Source: Opitutales bacterium
GTDB taxonomy: Bacteria > Verrucomicrobiota > Verrucomicrobiia > Opitutales > PNEW01
DNA length: 32,000 nt
Reading direction: 5' to 3'
Assembly (NCBI GenBank): GCA_965219535.1
Contig: CBDCNV010000001.1
Coordinates: forward strand, 660,001 to 692,000
The first letter of the stretch is position 1, and every line of letters begins with the position of its first letter. The notes under the pieces are model-generated. The model had not been told where the DNA came from. It searched no databases and saw only the letters and a list, made by a program, of their open reading frames with translations. Of the stretch, positions 18,178 to 25,181 are shown in pieces. The position numbers and the translations under genes are program-made.

Positions 18178-18357
18178 TCAGACCGTTACATCGAGTACTT
18201 GACGGCCACGATACATGCCGTTGGCGGGATTCACACGATGTGGTCTGTAAACGGTGCCATCAGCCGAATCTTTTGCAAGGATCGGCGATTTAAATCGGTT
18301 CGCGCCGCGCCGCTTGCGGCTTCTTTGCTTAGAATGTTTGCGCTTTGGTGTAGCCAT
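18178..18357 (-). CDS. rpmF: 50S ribosomal protein L32
   Basis: Absent from the ORF track because it is only 59 aa. Manual minus-strand translation from the ATG at 18357-18355 to the TGA at 18180-18178 gives MATPKRKHSKQRSRKRRGANRFKSPILAKDSADGTVYRPHRVNPANGMYRGRQVLDVTV. The MA-x-PKRK-x-SK-x-R N-terminus is the L32 signature. It ends 49 nt upstream of plsX, which is the canonical position. A purine-rich stretch (aaagaaagag) precedes the ATG. Confidence 0.9.
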   Translation of the reverse strand: MATPKRKHSKQRSRKRRGANRFKSPILAKDSADGTVYRPHRVNPANGMYRGRQVLDVTV

Positions 18358-18449
18358 AAAAGTCTCTTTCTTTCAATACGCTTAGAAAAATCTTATCAGA
18401 TACAATAGTTTTGTGTAATAAATACCCAATTTATTACGACAATTTAAAT

Positions 18450-18478
18450 AATAAATGCCACTATTCTTTACGCGTCAA
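18450..18478 (-). promoter_or_regulatory. Candidate sigma70-type promoter for rpmF-plsX-fabH (minus strand: TTGACG-17 nt-TTTATT)
   Basis: Read on the minus strand, TTGACG (18478-18473) is followed by a 17-nt spacer and TTTATT (18455-18450), about 90 nt upstream of the rpmF ATG in an AT-rich intergenic region. This is a pattern match only, and other hexamer pairs are possible. Confidence 0.25.
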
Positions 18479-18725
18479 GTAATCAATTTCATGCACTTTT
18501 TACAAATCATAAATCAATGGGGCCAAATAATTTATACAGATACTTACTTTATTCACCTTTTGGAAGTGGGTTATATAAATGCCGGTTAATTATAGGTGGA
18601 TTTATTCGTGCTCTCTCGCTAAGAACCGAGTAATTGATTCATTCTGTGAAAGATTGTTATCTTATTACGACTTTCGATAAAAACTCCTTGCACCGGTTGA
18701 TACGCATTAATCGAATGTTTTTATT

Positions 18726-19205
18726 GTGCCAGATTGCCAACATCTTCTCATTGACGGTTATAATATTCTGCATACATGGCCTGCGCTAAAGGATTTTTTG
18801 CCTGGTAATATCGATATTGCAAGAGATCGGTTAGGTGACGCGGTTCGTATTATTCATGATTATGACGGAATCCGAACAACCCTTATATTTGATGGGCGTG
18901 GTCGAGAAATTGAGGTGGTCCGCCCTTCGAATGAAAGTACCTTTTCTTTTCTTTATACGCCCAGCGGCGAAACTGCGGATAAAATAATTGAGCAGCTGGT
19001 AGCCAAAGCAAATAAACCACAAGGTATATTTGTCGCGACCAGGGATAATATGATCCGTGAAACAGTGCATGCTCTGGGGGCTCAAACACTGAGTCCAGAG
19101 GCTTTAGTTGATTGGGTGCACGCCTGTGAGCGTGGGCAAACGGAGAAACTAAAAAGGATGAATAAAAGTTCGGATAGTCGTTGGAGAAATCGGCAAGATC
19201 AGTGA
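18726..19205 (+). CDS. NYN-domain ribonuclease-like protein, YacP/Rae1 family (159 aa)
   Basis: GTG start. The N-terminus LLIDGYNILH, then TLIFDG and FVATRDNMIRE, match the conserved acidic and Asp-containing blocks of the YacP-type NYN domain. The size also fits. Confidence 0.72.
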   Translation: MPDCQHLLIDGYNILHTWPALKDFLPGNIDIARDRLGDAVRIIHDYDGIRTTLIFDGRGREIEVVRPSNESTFSFLYTPSGETADKIIEQLVAKANKPQGIFVATRDNMIRETVHALGAQTLSPEALVDWVHACERGQTEKLKRMNKSSDSRWRNRQDQ

Positions 19206-20410
19206 TTTCTAATCATATAGCCGAGATACAGGGACTCTATGGTCCTGTATCTATATCTGAAGAGCTATTACAAAAAATATGGTTACGAGGTGATTTTTTT
19301 CATTATCATCTTAACACAGTAGAGGGGTCCTTACTTAATGTGAAATCTCCTGGAATATGGAATAAACAGGAAGGCCCGGACTTTAAGGGGGCTGAATTAG
19401 AGATCGATGGACAATCGATGCGGGGAGATGTGGAAATACACTTTTATGCAAGTGATTGGCTTCATCATCAACATGACAAAAACAATAATTATAATAATGT
19501 CGTTCTCCATGTAGTGTTATTTGAACCCTCTGATGAAGATCTACCTCTCCGGAATTTCAACGGGGATATCATTCCCACATTAGTCCTCTTGCCCGTTCTT
19601 CCCCAGGATATAGAGGAGTATGCTTTAGAGGAAGCATTATTGGCAAAAAGCGACCGTTACTATGATGATATTCTAAACATTTTACGAACTAAACCCGCAA
19701 GTGAGCAGCGGCGCATTCTTTTCGATAAGTCGATCGTGAGATGGGAACGAAAACTGGAACTCATAGAGAAGCGATTACAGAACTCCAGTTGGCAAGAGAC
19801 ATGCCACCAATTGTGTCTGGAAGTGTTGGGCTACCGGCGCAACCGCGCGGCGATGTATGATCTTGCGATTCGATTCCCTTTGGTGGAAATGTGTAAGAGT
19901 AATAGACGTGCCGAGTTCTATTATAATTTGGATAAACGCCGATGGAAACTCACCGGATTACGGCCAATCAACCACCCTCTGGTTCGCCTCAGGCAGTATC
20001 TGAAACTAATTGATAGAATGCCTCAGTGGCCGGATTTATTGGAAAGTAGATTTGTCCATTGGACCCTTCCTATTCGTGTTGACGATAATACATCGCGATT
20101 TCGCAAAAAATGTGACCTGAAATCGTTGCGGCTGAATTTTAAGCAGCAAGTATTAGCTGATTGCCTATCCTCAACTCGACTGGACACGTTGATTTGTGAT
20201 GCAATTTTACCCATGCTCGCCGTTCACAACATACAGCCCTTATTTTACTACTGGTTTCATTGGTATAGTGGTGACCTGCCTCATACCTTAAGCGATTTTT
20301 TGAAAAAAACTGAAATTACAGATGGAAAGAAATGGCCCGCTTGTAATGGATATAATCAGGGGATCCTACAGTTATACATAGAAAACGGTTTATTAAAATC
20401 TGCTGCGTAG
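19181..20410 (+). CDS. DUF2851-family protein (409 aa from a TTG at 19181; a GTG at 19202 is an alternative start)
   Basis: The N-terminal block is EELLQKIWLRGDFFHYHLNTVEGSLLNVKSPGIWNKQEGPDFKGAELEIDGQSMRGDVEIHFYASDWLHHQHDKNNNYNNVVLHVVLF. It matches my recollection of the DUF2851 N-terminus (IW...L.T.DG..L.I...G..N...GPDF..A.I.I.G....G.VEIH...SDW..H.H......YDNVILHVV). With the GTG start the gene overlaps the NYN gene stop as GTGA (19202-19205). Confidence 0.72.
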   Translation: MEKSARSVISNHIAEIQGLYGPVSISEELLQKIWLRGDFFHYHLNTVEGSLLNVKSPGIWNKQEGPDFKGAELEIDGQSMRGDVEIHFYASDWLHHQHDKNNNYNNVVLHVVLFEPSDEDLPLRNFNGDIIPTLVLLPVLPQDIEEYALEEALLAKSDRYYDDILNILRTKPASEQRRILFDKSIVRWERKLELIEKRLQNSSWQETCHQLCLEVLGYRRNRAAMYDLAIRFPLVEMCKSNRRAEFYYNLDKRRWKLTGLRPINHPLVRLRQYLKLIDRMPQWPDLLESRFVHWTLPIRVDDNTSRFRKKCDLKSLRLNFKQQVLADCLSSTRLDTLICDAILPMLAVHNIQPLFYYWFHWYSGDLPHTLSDFLKKTEITDGKKWPACNGYNQGILQLYIENGLLKSAA

Positions 20411-20415
20411 ATTAC

Positions 20416-20449
20416 AAAAAACCGGAGCAGAGATTTAACTCCGCTCCGG
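20416..20449 (-). terminator. Rho-independent terminator downstream of glnA, possibly also serving the convergent DUF2851 gene
   Basis: The stem ccggagc (20422-20428) pairs with gctccgg (20443-20449) across a 14-nt loop. It is flanked by AAAAAA (20416-20421), which reads as a U-tract on the minus strand, 30 nt after the glnA stop. The plus-strand tail is only cttt. Confidence 0.6.
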
Positions 20450-20479
20450 CTTTCGATAATTGTTCTAATCCTCGTTGTT

Positions 20480-21901
20480 TTATAAATCGTAGTACATATA
20501 AAACTCGTAAGGGTGAGGTCTTAAATTTAACTCTGCCAGTTCACGCGTCCGTTTATAATCGATCCAGGTATCAACAACATCAGAAGTGAATACGTCACCC
20601 CTGAACAGCCAATCGTGATCAGCTTCCAGGTTATCGAGGACATCTCCCAGGGAACCAGGCGTACTATTAATTTTTTCAGCTTCTTGGGGTTCCAAATCAT
20701 ATAAATTTCGGTCGTGTGGATCTCCGGGATCGATTTTATTCTGAATCCCATCCAACCCGGCCATGAGCATCGCAGATAAACAGAGATAGATGTTGCAGGA
20801 TGGATCTGGACATCTGAATTCTATTCGTTTTGCAGCCGCACTCTTAGAATAGAGTGGAATGCGAACGGCAGCGGAACGGTTGCGCTGGGAGTAAACGAGG
20901 TTTACCGGCGCTTCGTATCCTGGTACTAATCGCTTGTAGCTATTCGTGGTAGGATTGGTGAAAGCGAGAAGGGCAGGGGCGTGTTTTAAAAGACCGCCGA
21001 TATAATATTTCGCCATATCGCTAATCTGTGCGTATCCTTTTTCATCATAGAATAGATTGTTATCTCCTTTCCACAAACTTTGGTGCACATGCATACCGGA
21101 GCCGTTATCTTGAAAGATCGGCTTGGGCATAAAGGTGACTGTTTTATCATATTTTTTGCAAACATTGCGTACAATGTATTTATATTGCATGACTCTATCA
21201 GCCATCGTCGTTAAGGGCGCGTAGCGCATATCAATCTCAGCCTGTCCCGCGGTACCCACTTCATGATGGTGCACTTCCGTCTCAACACCTACATCCTTCA
21301 ACCTCAGAATTATTTCGGAACGGAGGTCTTGTAGCGAATCCGTTGGTGGAACAGGAAAATAGCCTTCTTTGTGGCGAGGTTTGTAACCAAGATTGGGATA
21401 TTCCTCACGGCCTGAGTTCCATATGCCCTCTTTTGAGTCGATAAAGTAGTAGGCAGAATGGGCATTTTGATCGAATCGAACATCGTCAAATATGTAAAAT
21501 TCAAGCTCAGGGCCCCAGTAGCTGACATCAGCGATTCCCTCGCTCTGGAGGAATTTTTCCGCTTTCTGTGCGATATAACGAGGGTCACGGCTATAAGGTT
21601 GCCTGGTGACGGGATCGAAAATATTGCAAGTTAAACTCAGGGTTGGTATCTGCAAGACAGGATCGACAACAGCCGAATCAGGATCAGCAACCAATATCAT
21701 GTCGCTTTCTTGAATCTCCTGAAAACCACGGACACTGGAGCCGTCGAACCCCATCCCTTCACCAAATAGGTCTTCCGTGAGATCTTCTACTGGGAGAGAA
21801 AAGTGCTGCCACACACCTGGCAGGTCACAGAATCTCATATCCACGATTTTCACCCCCCCATCTTTCGCAATTTTTTCTACATCATTTAAAGTCTTAGGCA
21901 T
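20480..21901 (-). CDS. glnA: Glutamine synthetase, type I
   Basis: The 473-aa protein has GSI blocks throughout: VDMRFCDLPGVWQHFS, GFDGSSVRGF, GPELEFYIFD, HHHEVGTAGQAEID, KPIFQDNGSGMHVHQSLW, NSYKRLVPGYEAPV, SQRNRSAAVRIP and RIEFRCPD. NLYDL resembles the adenylylation-site Tyr context of GSI-beta enzymes. Confidence 0.95.
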   Translation of the reverse strand: MPKTLNDVEKIAKDGGVKIVDMRFCDLPGVWQHFSLPVEDLTEDLFGEGMGFDGSSVRGFQEIQESDMILVADPDSAVVDPVLQIPTLSLTCNIFDPVTRQPYSRDPRYIAQKAEKFLQSEGIADVSYWGPELEFYIFDDVRFDQNAHSAYYFIDSKEGIWNSGREEYPNLGYKPRHKEGYFPVPPTDSLQDLRSEIILRLKDVGVETEVHHHEVGTAGQAEIDMRYAPLTTMADRVMQYKYIVRNVCKKYDKTVTFMPKPIFQDNGSGMHVHQSLWKGDNNLFYDEKGYAQISDMAKYYIGGLLKHAPALLAFTNPTTNSYKRLVPGYEAPVNLVYSQRNRSAAVRIPLYSKSAAAKRIEFRCPDPSCNIYLCLSAMLMAGLDGIQNKIDPGDPHDRNLYDLEPQEAEKINSTPGSLGDVLDNLEADHDWLFRGDVFTSDVVDTWIDYKRTRELAELNLRPHPYEFYMYYDL

Positions 21902-22091
21902 TTATATTCTCCTCTTAGATTTTGTTCTCTGGTTATTATTGAAGATTTGATTGTTGGAATTATCGTAAAAATAATGAATTTTCGTCATCCACCCTTTCTT
22001 CTGAAAAGGGTTTTGATACTTGCAAGATAATTGTGAAATCAGTCAAACATAAATAGGGATAATTTTACGTATAACCATAGTAGCACTTTAG

Positions 22092-24038
22092 ATGCCAAGA
22101 AATCCTGCAAGTTCTCGTTTGTATAAAATCGAACATTCAGGCTTTTACCAAGCCAGCGGTATCCTGGATTGGTTGATAACAATCTTCGCTGTATTCATCC
22201 TGGGCTACAATATCTGGCATTTGGGGGGATATCATCCCTATGCGCAAATGGTAAGTTCATGGATGACAGGGGGGTTGCTTGTCCTGCATGGTTTTTGGGG
22301 GTTATCGAGACACAATGACAATATTAGGATTAACCCACTGGGCCTGGTTTTTATCCCTTTCCTCCTTTATATTTACGTCAGTTATCTCTTCCTCACTCCT
22401 GTTCCATGGCTAGCCAAGCGAGAGTTAATTATGGGGTGTCAGGGCATGGTCGTTTTCTGGGTTATCCTGCATAATCTAAGGCGAAAAGAATGTTTATGGT
22501 TTTTTCTAATATCTCTGGTAGTGCTGGCTTTTATCTGTGTTTTAGTTGCTTACTACCAGTATTTCACCGAATCGGACTGGTTGCCGATGGGTCGTAAGCA
22601 AGTCGACACTTATGACGGTCGTGCATCAGGTACGTTTGGTATTCCCAATAGTTTGGCTGCTTTACTGATTTTAATTATCCCCCCCTTGATCGTTATTGGG
22701 TTTGCGCCAAAAAAATCCATCAACTTACGCATTGTATGCATCTATTTGGCCCTGATGTTTTCGGGCGGGATTATCATAACTGGCAGTCGGGGAGGGTCGA
22801 TTGGGTTTATTTGTGCTCTCTTAATATTGCCGTATTTTGTCACGAGACAAGTCATCGATCGATTGAAGTTTTTCTTTGCTATTATCATCACCGGGGTTGT
22901 GGTCTTTCTCGTTGTTTATATCTTCGTCGATACATATCGGCAGCGTGTGGATTACCTCGTTGACCAACGGGGTGAATCCTCACGAAAGATCCTTTGGCGA
23001 GCTTCATGGGATATATTTAAAAAGCAGCCGCTCACCGGTAGCGGTGCTGCCAGCTTTGATCATCAATTCGAATTTTACCGCCCGGAGTCTCTCCAGCTTC
23101 GTGCCCGACATACACATAATGATTACTTGAATACTTTAAGTGATTATGGGCTGTTAGGTTTTATACTGCTCTTTTTCCCCGCACTATACCTCCTCTGGCG
23201 CGGGTGGTCTGTCTGGAGAAATCTACCCTTCTTCGCTCGCTCGAGGGAGTCAAAAGTAAGAGTGACACCCACAACTAAATTAATCCTCGGTGGATTACTG
23301 CCGGGTGTTGTGGCCTTTTCTATTCATCTATTCGTTGACTTTCATTTAAAGATTCTCGCTCTTCTCTTGATTCTCGCCTCTATATTTGGACTGATTGTCA
23401 AATGTTCTTCAACTTCCGATTGGGGTCTACCGGGGAAACGTTGGGGGTCAGGTTTGTGGTTTGTTTTCATGCTCACACTTGGCCTGTGTCTGGGGTGGGA
23501 GGGAATGAAGTCATTTAAAAGCGCAGAGCGTTATTTTGAAGCGCGTGAGCGACTGGATGACTATTTCGATAATTTAGAAAGCATGCGAAGGGATGAAGCA
23601 TACATCAGCGAAACAATTCGCGTATTCGAGGAAAGCACAAGATGGGATCCAGACAATGCCTATGCCTGGGGTGACCTCGGAATGGCGACATTGCAGACTT
23701 ATTACTTGAATCCTGAGAATTATAAGAACATCGGCCAAGACGCTCAAATGAAAATAGAGAAAGCTTTGGCTATTACCGATCAAGTTTGGTCTTTTCATGC
23801 TTATAAAGGATTGGCTTTGAACTTACAGGGCAGAACCTTAGATGAGGTGCGACCCTCTTTTAAAAAAGCGATCACCTTTGGGGCTAATAATGCTGATGCT
23901 TGGTATTATTACGGCGCCGTTCTTGGGTATAATAAATCGGCGCGAAAGGAAGCTGTAGAGGCCTTAGAACGGGCGATTAAGCTTGACCACGGCCATGGTG
24001 ATGCTATAAGATTAAGGGACAAATTGAAATCACGGTAA
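22092..24038 (+). CDS. Wzy_C / O-antigen-ligase-like polytopic membrane protein fused to a C-terminal TPR domain (648 aa)
   Basis: It has about 10-12 TM segments. A large loop carries SRKILWRASWDIFKKQPLTGSGAASF and HTHNDYLNTLSDYGLLGF, which fit the Wzy_C pattern (G.G.G.F plus H-N-x-YL and a GxxG helix). Residues from about 470 to 648 are soluble TPR-like repeats (AYAWGDLGMATLQ, NADAWYYYGAVLGYNKSARKEAVEALERAIKLD). Confidence 0.7.
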   Translation: MPRNPASSRLYKIEHSGFYQASGILDWLITIFAVFILGYNIWHLGGYHPYAQMVSSWMTGGLLVLHGFWGLSRHNDNIRINPLGLVFIPFLLYIYVSYLFLTPVPWLAKRELIMGCQGMVVFWVILHNLRRKECLWFFLISLVVLAFICVLVAYYQYFTESDWLPMGRKQVDTYDGRASGTFGIPNSLAALLILIIPPLIVIGFAPKKSINLRIVCIYLALMFSGGIIITGSRGGSIGFICALLILPYFVTRQVIDRLKFFFAIIITGVVVFLVVYIFVDTYRQRVDYLVDQRGESSRKILWRASWDIFKKQPLTGSGAASFDHQFEFYRPESLQLRARHTHNDYLNTLSDYGLLGFILLFFPALYLLWRGWSVWRNLPFFARSRESKVRVTPTTKLILGGLLPGVVAFSIHLFVDFHLKILALLLILASIFGLIVKCSSTSDWGLPGKRWGSGLWFVFMLTLGLCLGWEGMKSFKSAERYFEARERLDDYFDNLESMRRDEAYISETIRVFEESTRWDPDNAYAWGDLGMATLQTYYLNPENYKNIGQDAQMKIEKALAITDQVWSFHAYKGLALNLQGRTLDEVRPSFKKAITFGANNADAWYYYGAVLGYNKSARKEAVEALERAIKLDHGHGDAIRLRDKLKSR

Positions 24039-24065
24039 CTTATTTAACCTCTGCCTGAACGCTGT

Positions 24066-24980
24066 ATGAATCGGTCATTATCTATCCTGTTTTTTGTCTC
24101 TATTTCTTCTCTTATTTTTTCACTTCAAGCATTCGGGCAGGAGGCGGGTATTATCATCCTGGCCAATGTTAAGGGTGAGGTTATATATAATACTACCTCA
24201 GACGCGCCGGCACAGGTTGCGAGTGAAGGTATACGGTTGGGCGAGGGAGCGGTGGTGGAAACGATGGAAAAATCATCCGCGATCTTAGTTTTCTCAAACG
24301 GTTCAACTGTTAATCTATCGGAAAAAACTAAAATTTCTGTTAAGCAATTTTTACAGGAACCTTTTGATTCAGATCCTGCTGATATTGCCGATGCTAAAAG
24401 GGAACCGAGTATGTCTCAAACTCGCCTCGCCCTGGATTATGGCGATATGGTGGGTAACATTAAAAAGCTCAGAAGAGGCAAAGGATCCCTATTTGAAATT
24501 GAAACACCTGCTGGCATAGCGGGTATCAGGGGAACAATTATATCTTTGACGGTAGTCTTAGGACCTTCTGGTAATATTTTGAGCTTTTCAGCTACCTTCG
24601 TCGATGGTAGCGGGCAATTAACTCAAGTTGATGGAACCATTTCTGTTATAAGCGACGGTATTGAGTTAACTACATCAGAAAGTGGGGAAACCGCGCTTAA
24701 TGAAGCTGATGCTGAGACAGTCGAAGGTATGCGAGCAGCAGCGGCCGAGGGTCAAGAAGCATTTGAAGCACATGTCGAAACTATAGTAGCTGAAATCGAG
24801 GCCGCAGCCGCAGCCGCTAGCAGCGGTGACGACGACGATAGTGGAGATGATGATGATAGCAGCGGTGACGATGACGATAGTAGCGGAGACGACGATGACA
24901 GTGGTGGCGATGGCGATGATGGAAATCTTCCCCAAGGTCAGTCTGAGCAACCCGACATTACTACCGGTACCGGGACTTAA
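24066..24980 (+). CDS. Secreted FecR-domain-like protein with a helical Ala/Glu segment and a poly-acidic (S)SGDDDD C-terminal tail (304 aa)
   Basis: The signal peptide is MNRSLSILFFVSISSLIFSLQAFGQ. The block ANVKGEVIYNTTSDAPAQVASEGIRLGEGAVVETMEKSSAILVFSNGSTVNLSEKTKISV fits the FecR beta-sandwich pattern (G.V......A..G..L..G..V.T...S.A.L.F..GS.V.L...T.). It starts 27 nt after the Wzy_C-TPR gene. Confidence 0.55.
   Translation: MNRSLSILFFVSISSLIFSLQAFGQEAGIIILANVKGEVIYNTTSDAPAQVASEGIRLGEGAVVETMEKSSAILVFSNGSTVNLSEKTKISVKQFLQEPFDSDPADIADAKREPSMSQTRLALDYGDMVGNIKKLRRGKGSLFEIETPAGIAGIRGTIISLTVVLGPSGNILSFSATFVDGSGQLTQVDGTISVISDGIELTTSESGETALNEADAETVEGMRAAAAEGQEAFEAHVETIVAEIEAAAAAASSGDDDDSGDDDDSSGDDDDSSGDDDDSGGDGDDGNLPQGQSEQPDITTGTGT
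24819..24926 (+). repeat. Short in-frame tandem repeat encoding SSGDDDD SGDDDD SSGDDDD SSGDDDD SGGDGDDGN
   Basis: The run agcggtgacgacgacgat / agtggagatgatgatgat / agcagcggtgacgatgacgat / agtagcggagacgacgatgac is read directly. The units are 18-21 nt and use varied Asp/Ser/Gly codons. Confidence 0.85.
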
Positions 24981-25069
24981 GACTGGATTAAATCGCCTTC
25001 CTTTTCGCAATAGAGCTAGCGATAGCAGCATCAGTTTTTATTTCTAGACTCAGCTAAATAATAACAGTT

Positions 25070-25128
25070 TACCGATTTTCAGGTTAATCGGTAGAAAGAA
25101 ATTTTTCACCCCTCGTTAAGTGAGGGGT
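25070..25128 (+). terminator. Two consecutive hairpins in the 201-nt gap after the FecR-like gene (possible terminator or attenuator)
   Basis: Hairpin 1 pairs taccgatt (25070-25077) with aatcggta (25086-25093), a perfect 8 bp stem with an 8-nt loop. Hairpin 2 pairs acccctc (25108-25114) with gaggggt (25122-25128), a 7 bp stem with a 7-nt loop. Hairpin 2 is preceded by attttt and followed by tattta. Neither has a clean U-tract. Confidence 0.35.
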
Positions 25129-25181
25129 TATTTAAGCCGTTATATAAGTGAGAACAGCGTTGTGTAACAGCGGTTTAATCC

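Noticed and set aside
18199-18408. 69-aa plus-strand ORF in the ORF track
   Set aside because: It lies antisense to the clearly recognisable L32 gene (18178..18357, minus strand) and has no recognisable motif.
22010-22045. Sigma54 promoter for glnA (TGGCAC-N5-TTGCA) in the glnA upstream region
   Set aside because: On the glnA strand the string ttcacaattatcTTGCAag has only the -12-like TTGCA half. The -24 position lacks the invariant GG, so it is not called.
24675-25047. 118-aa minus-strand ORF and 73-aa plus-strand ORF overlapping the end of the FecR-like gene
   Set aside because: Both are alternative frames of the GAT/GAC-rich poly-Asp repeat, giving Ile/Val/Thr-rich or Met/Thr-rich low-complexity strings. 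They run into the intergenic hairpin region and have no independent support.
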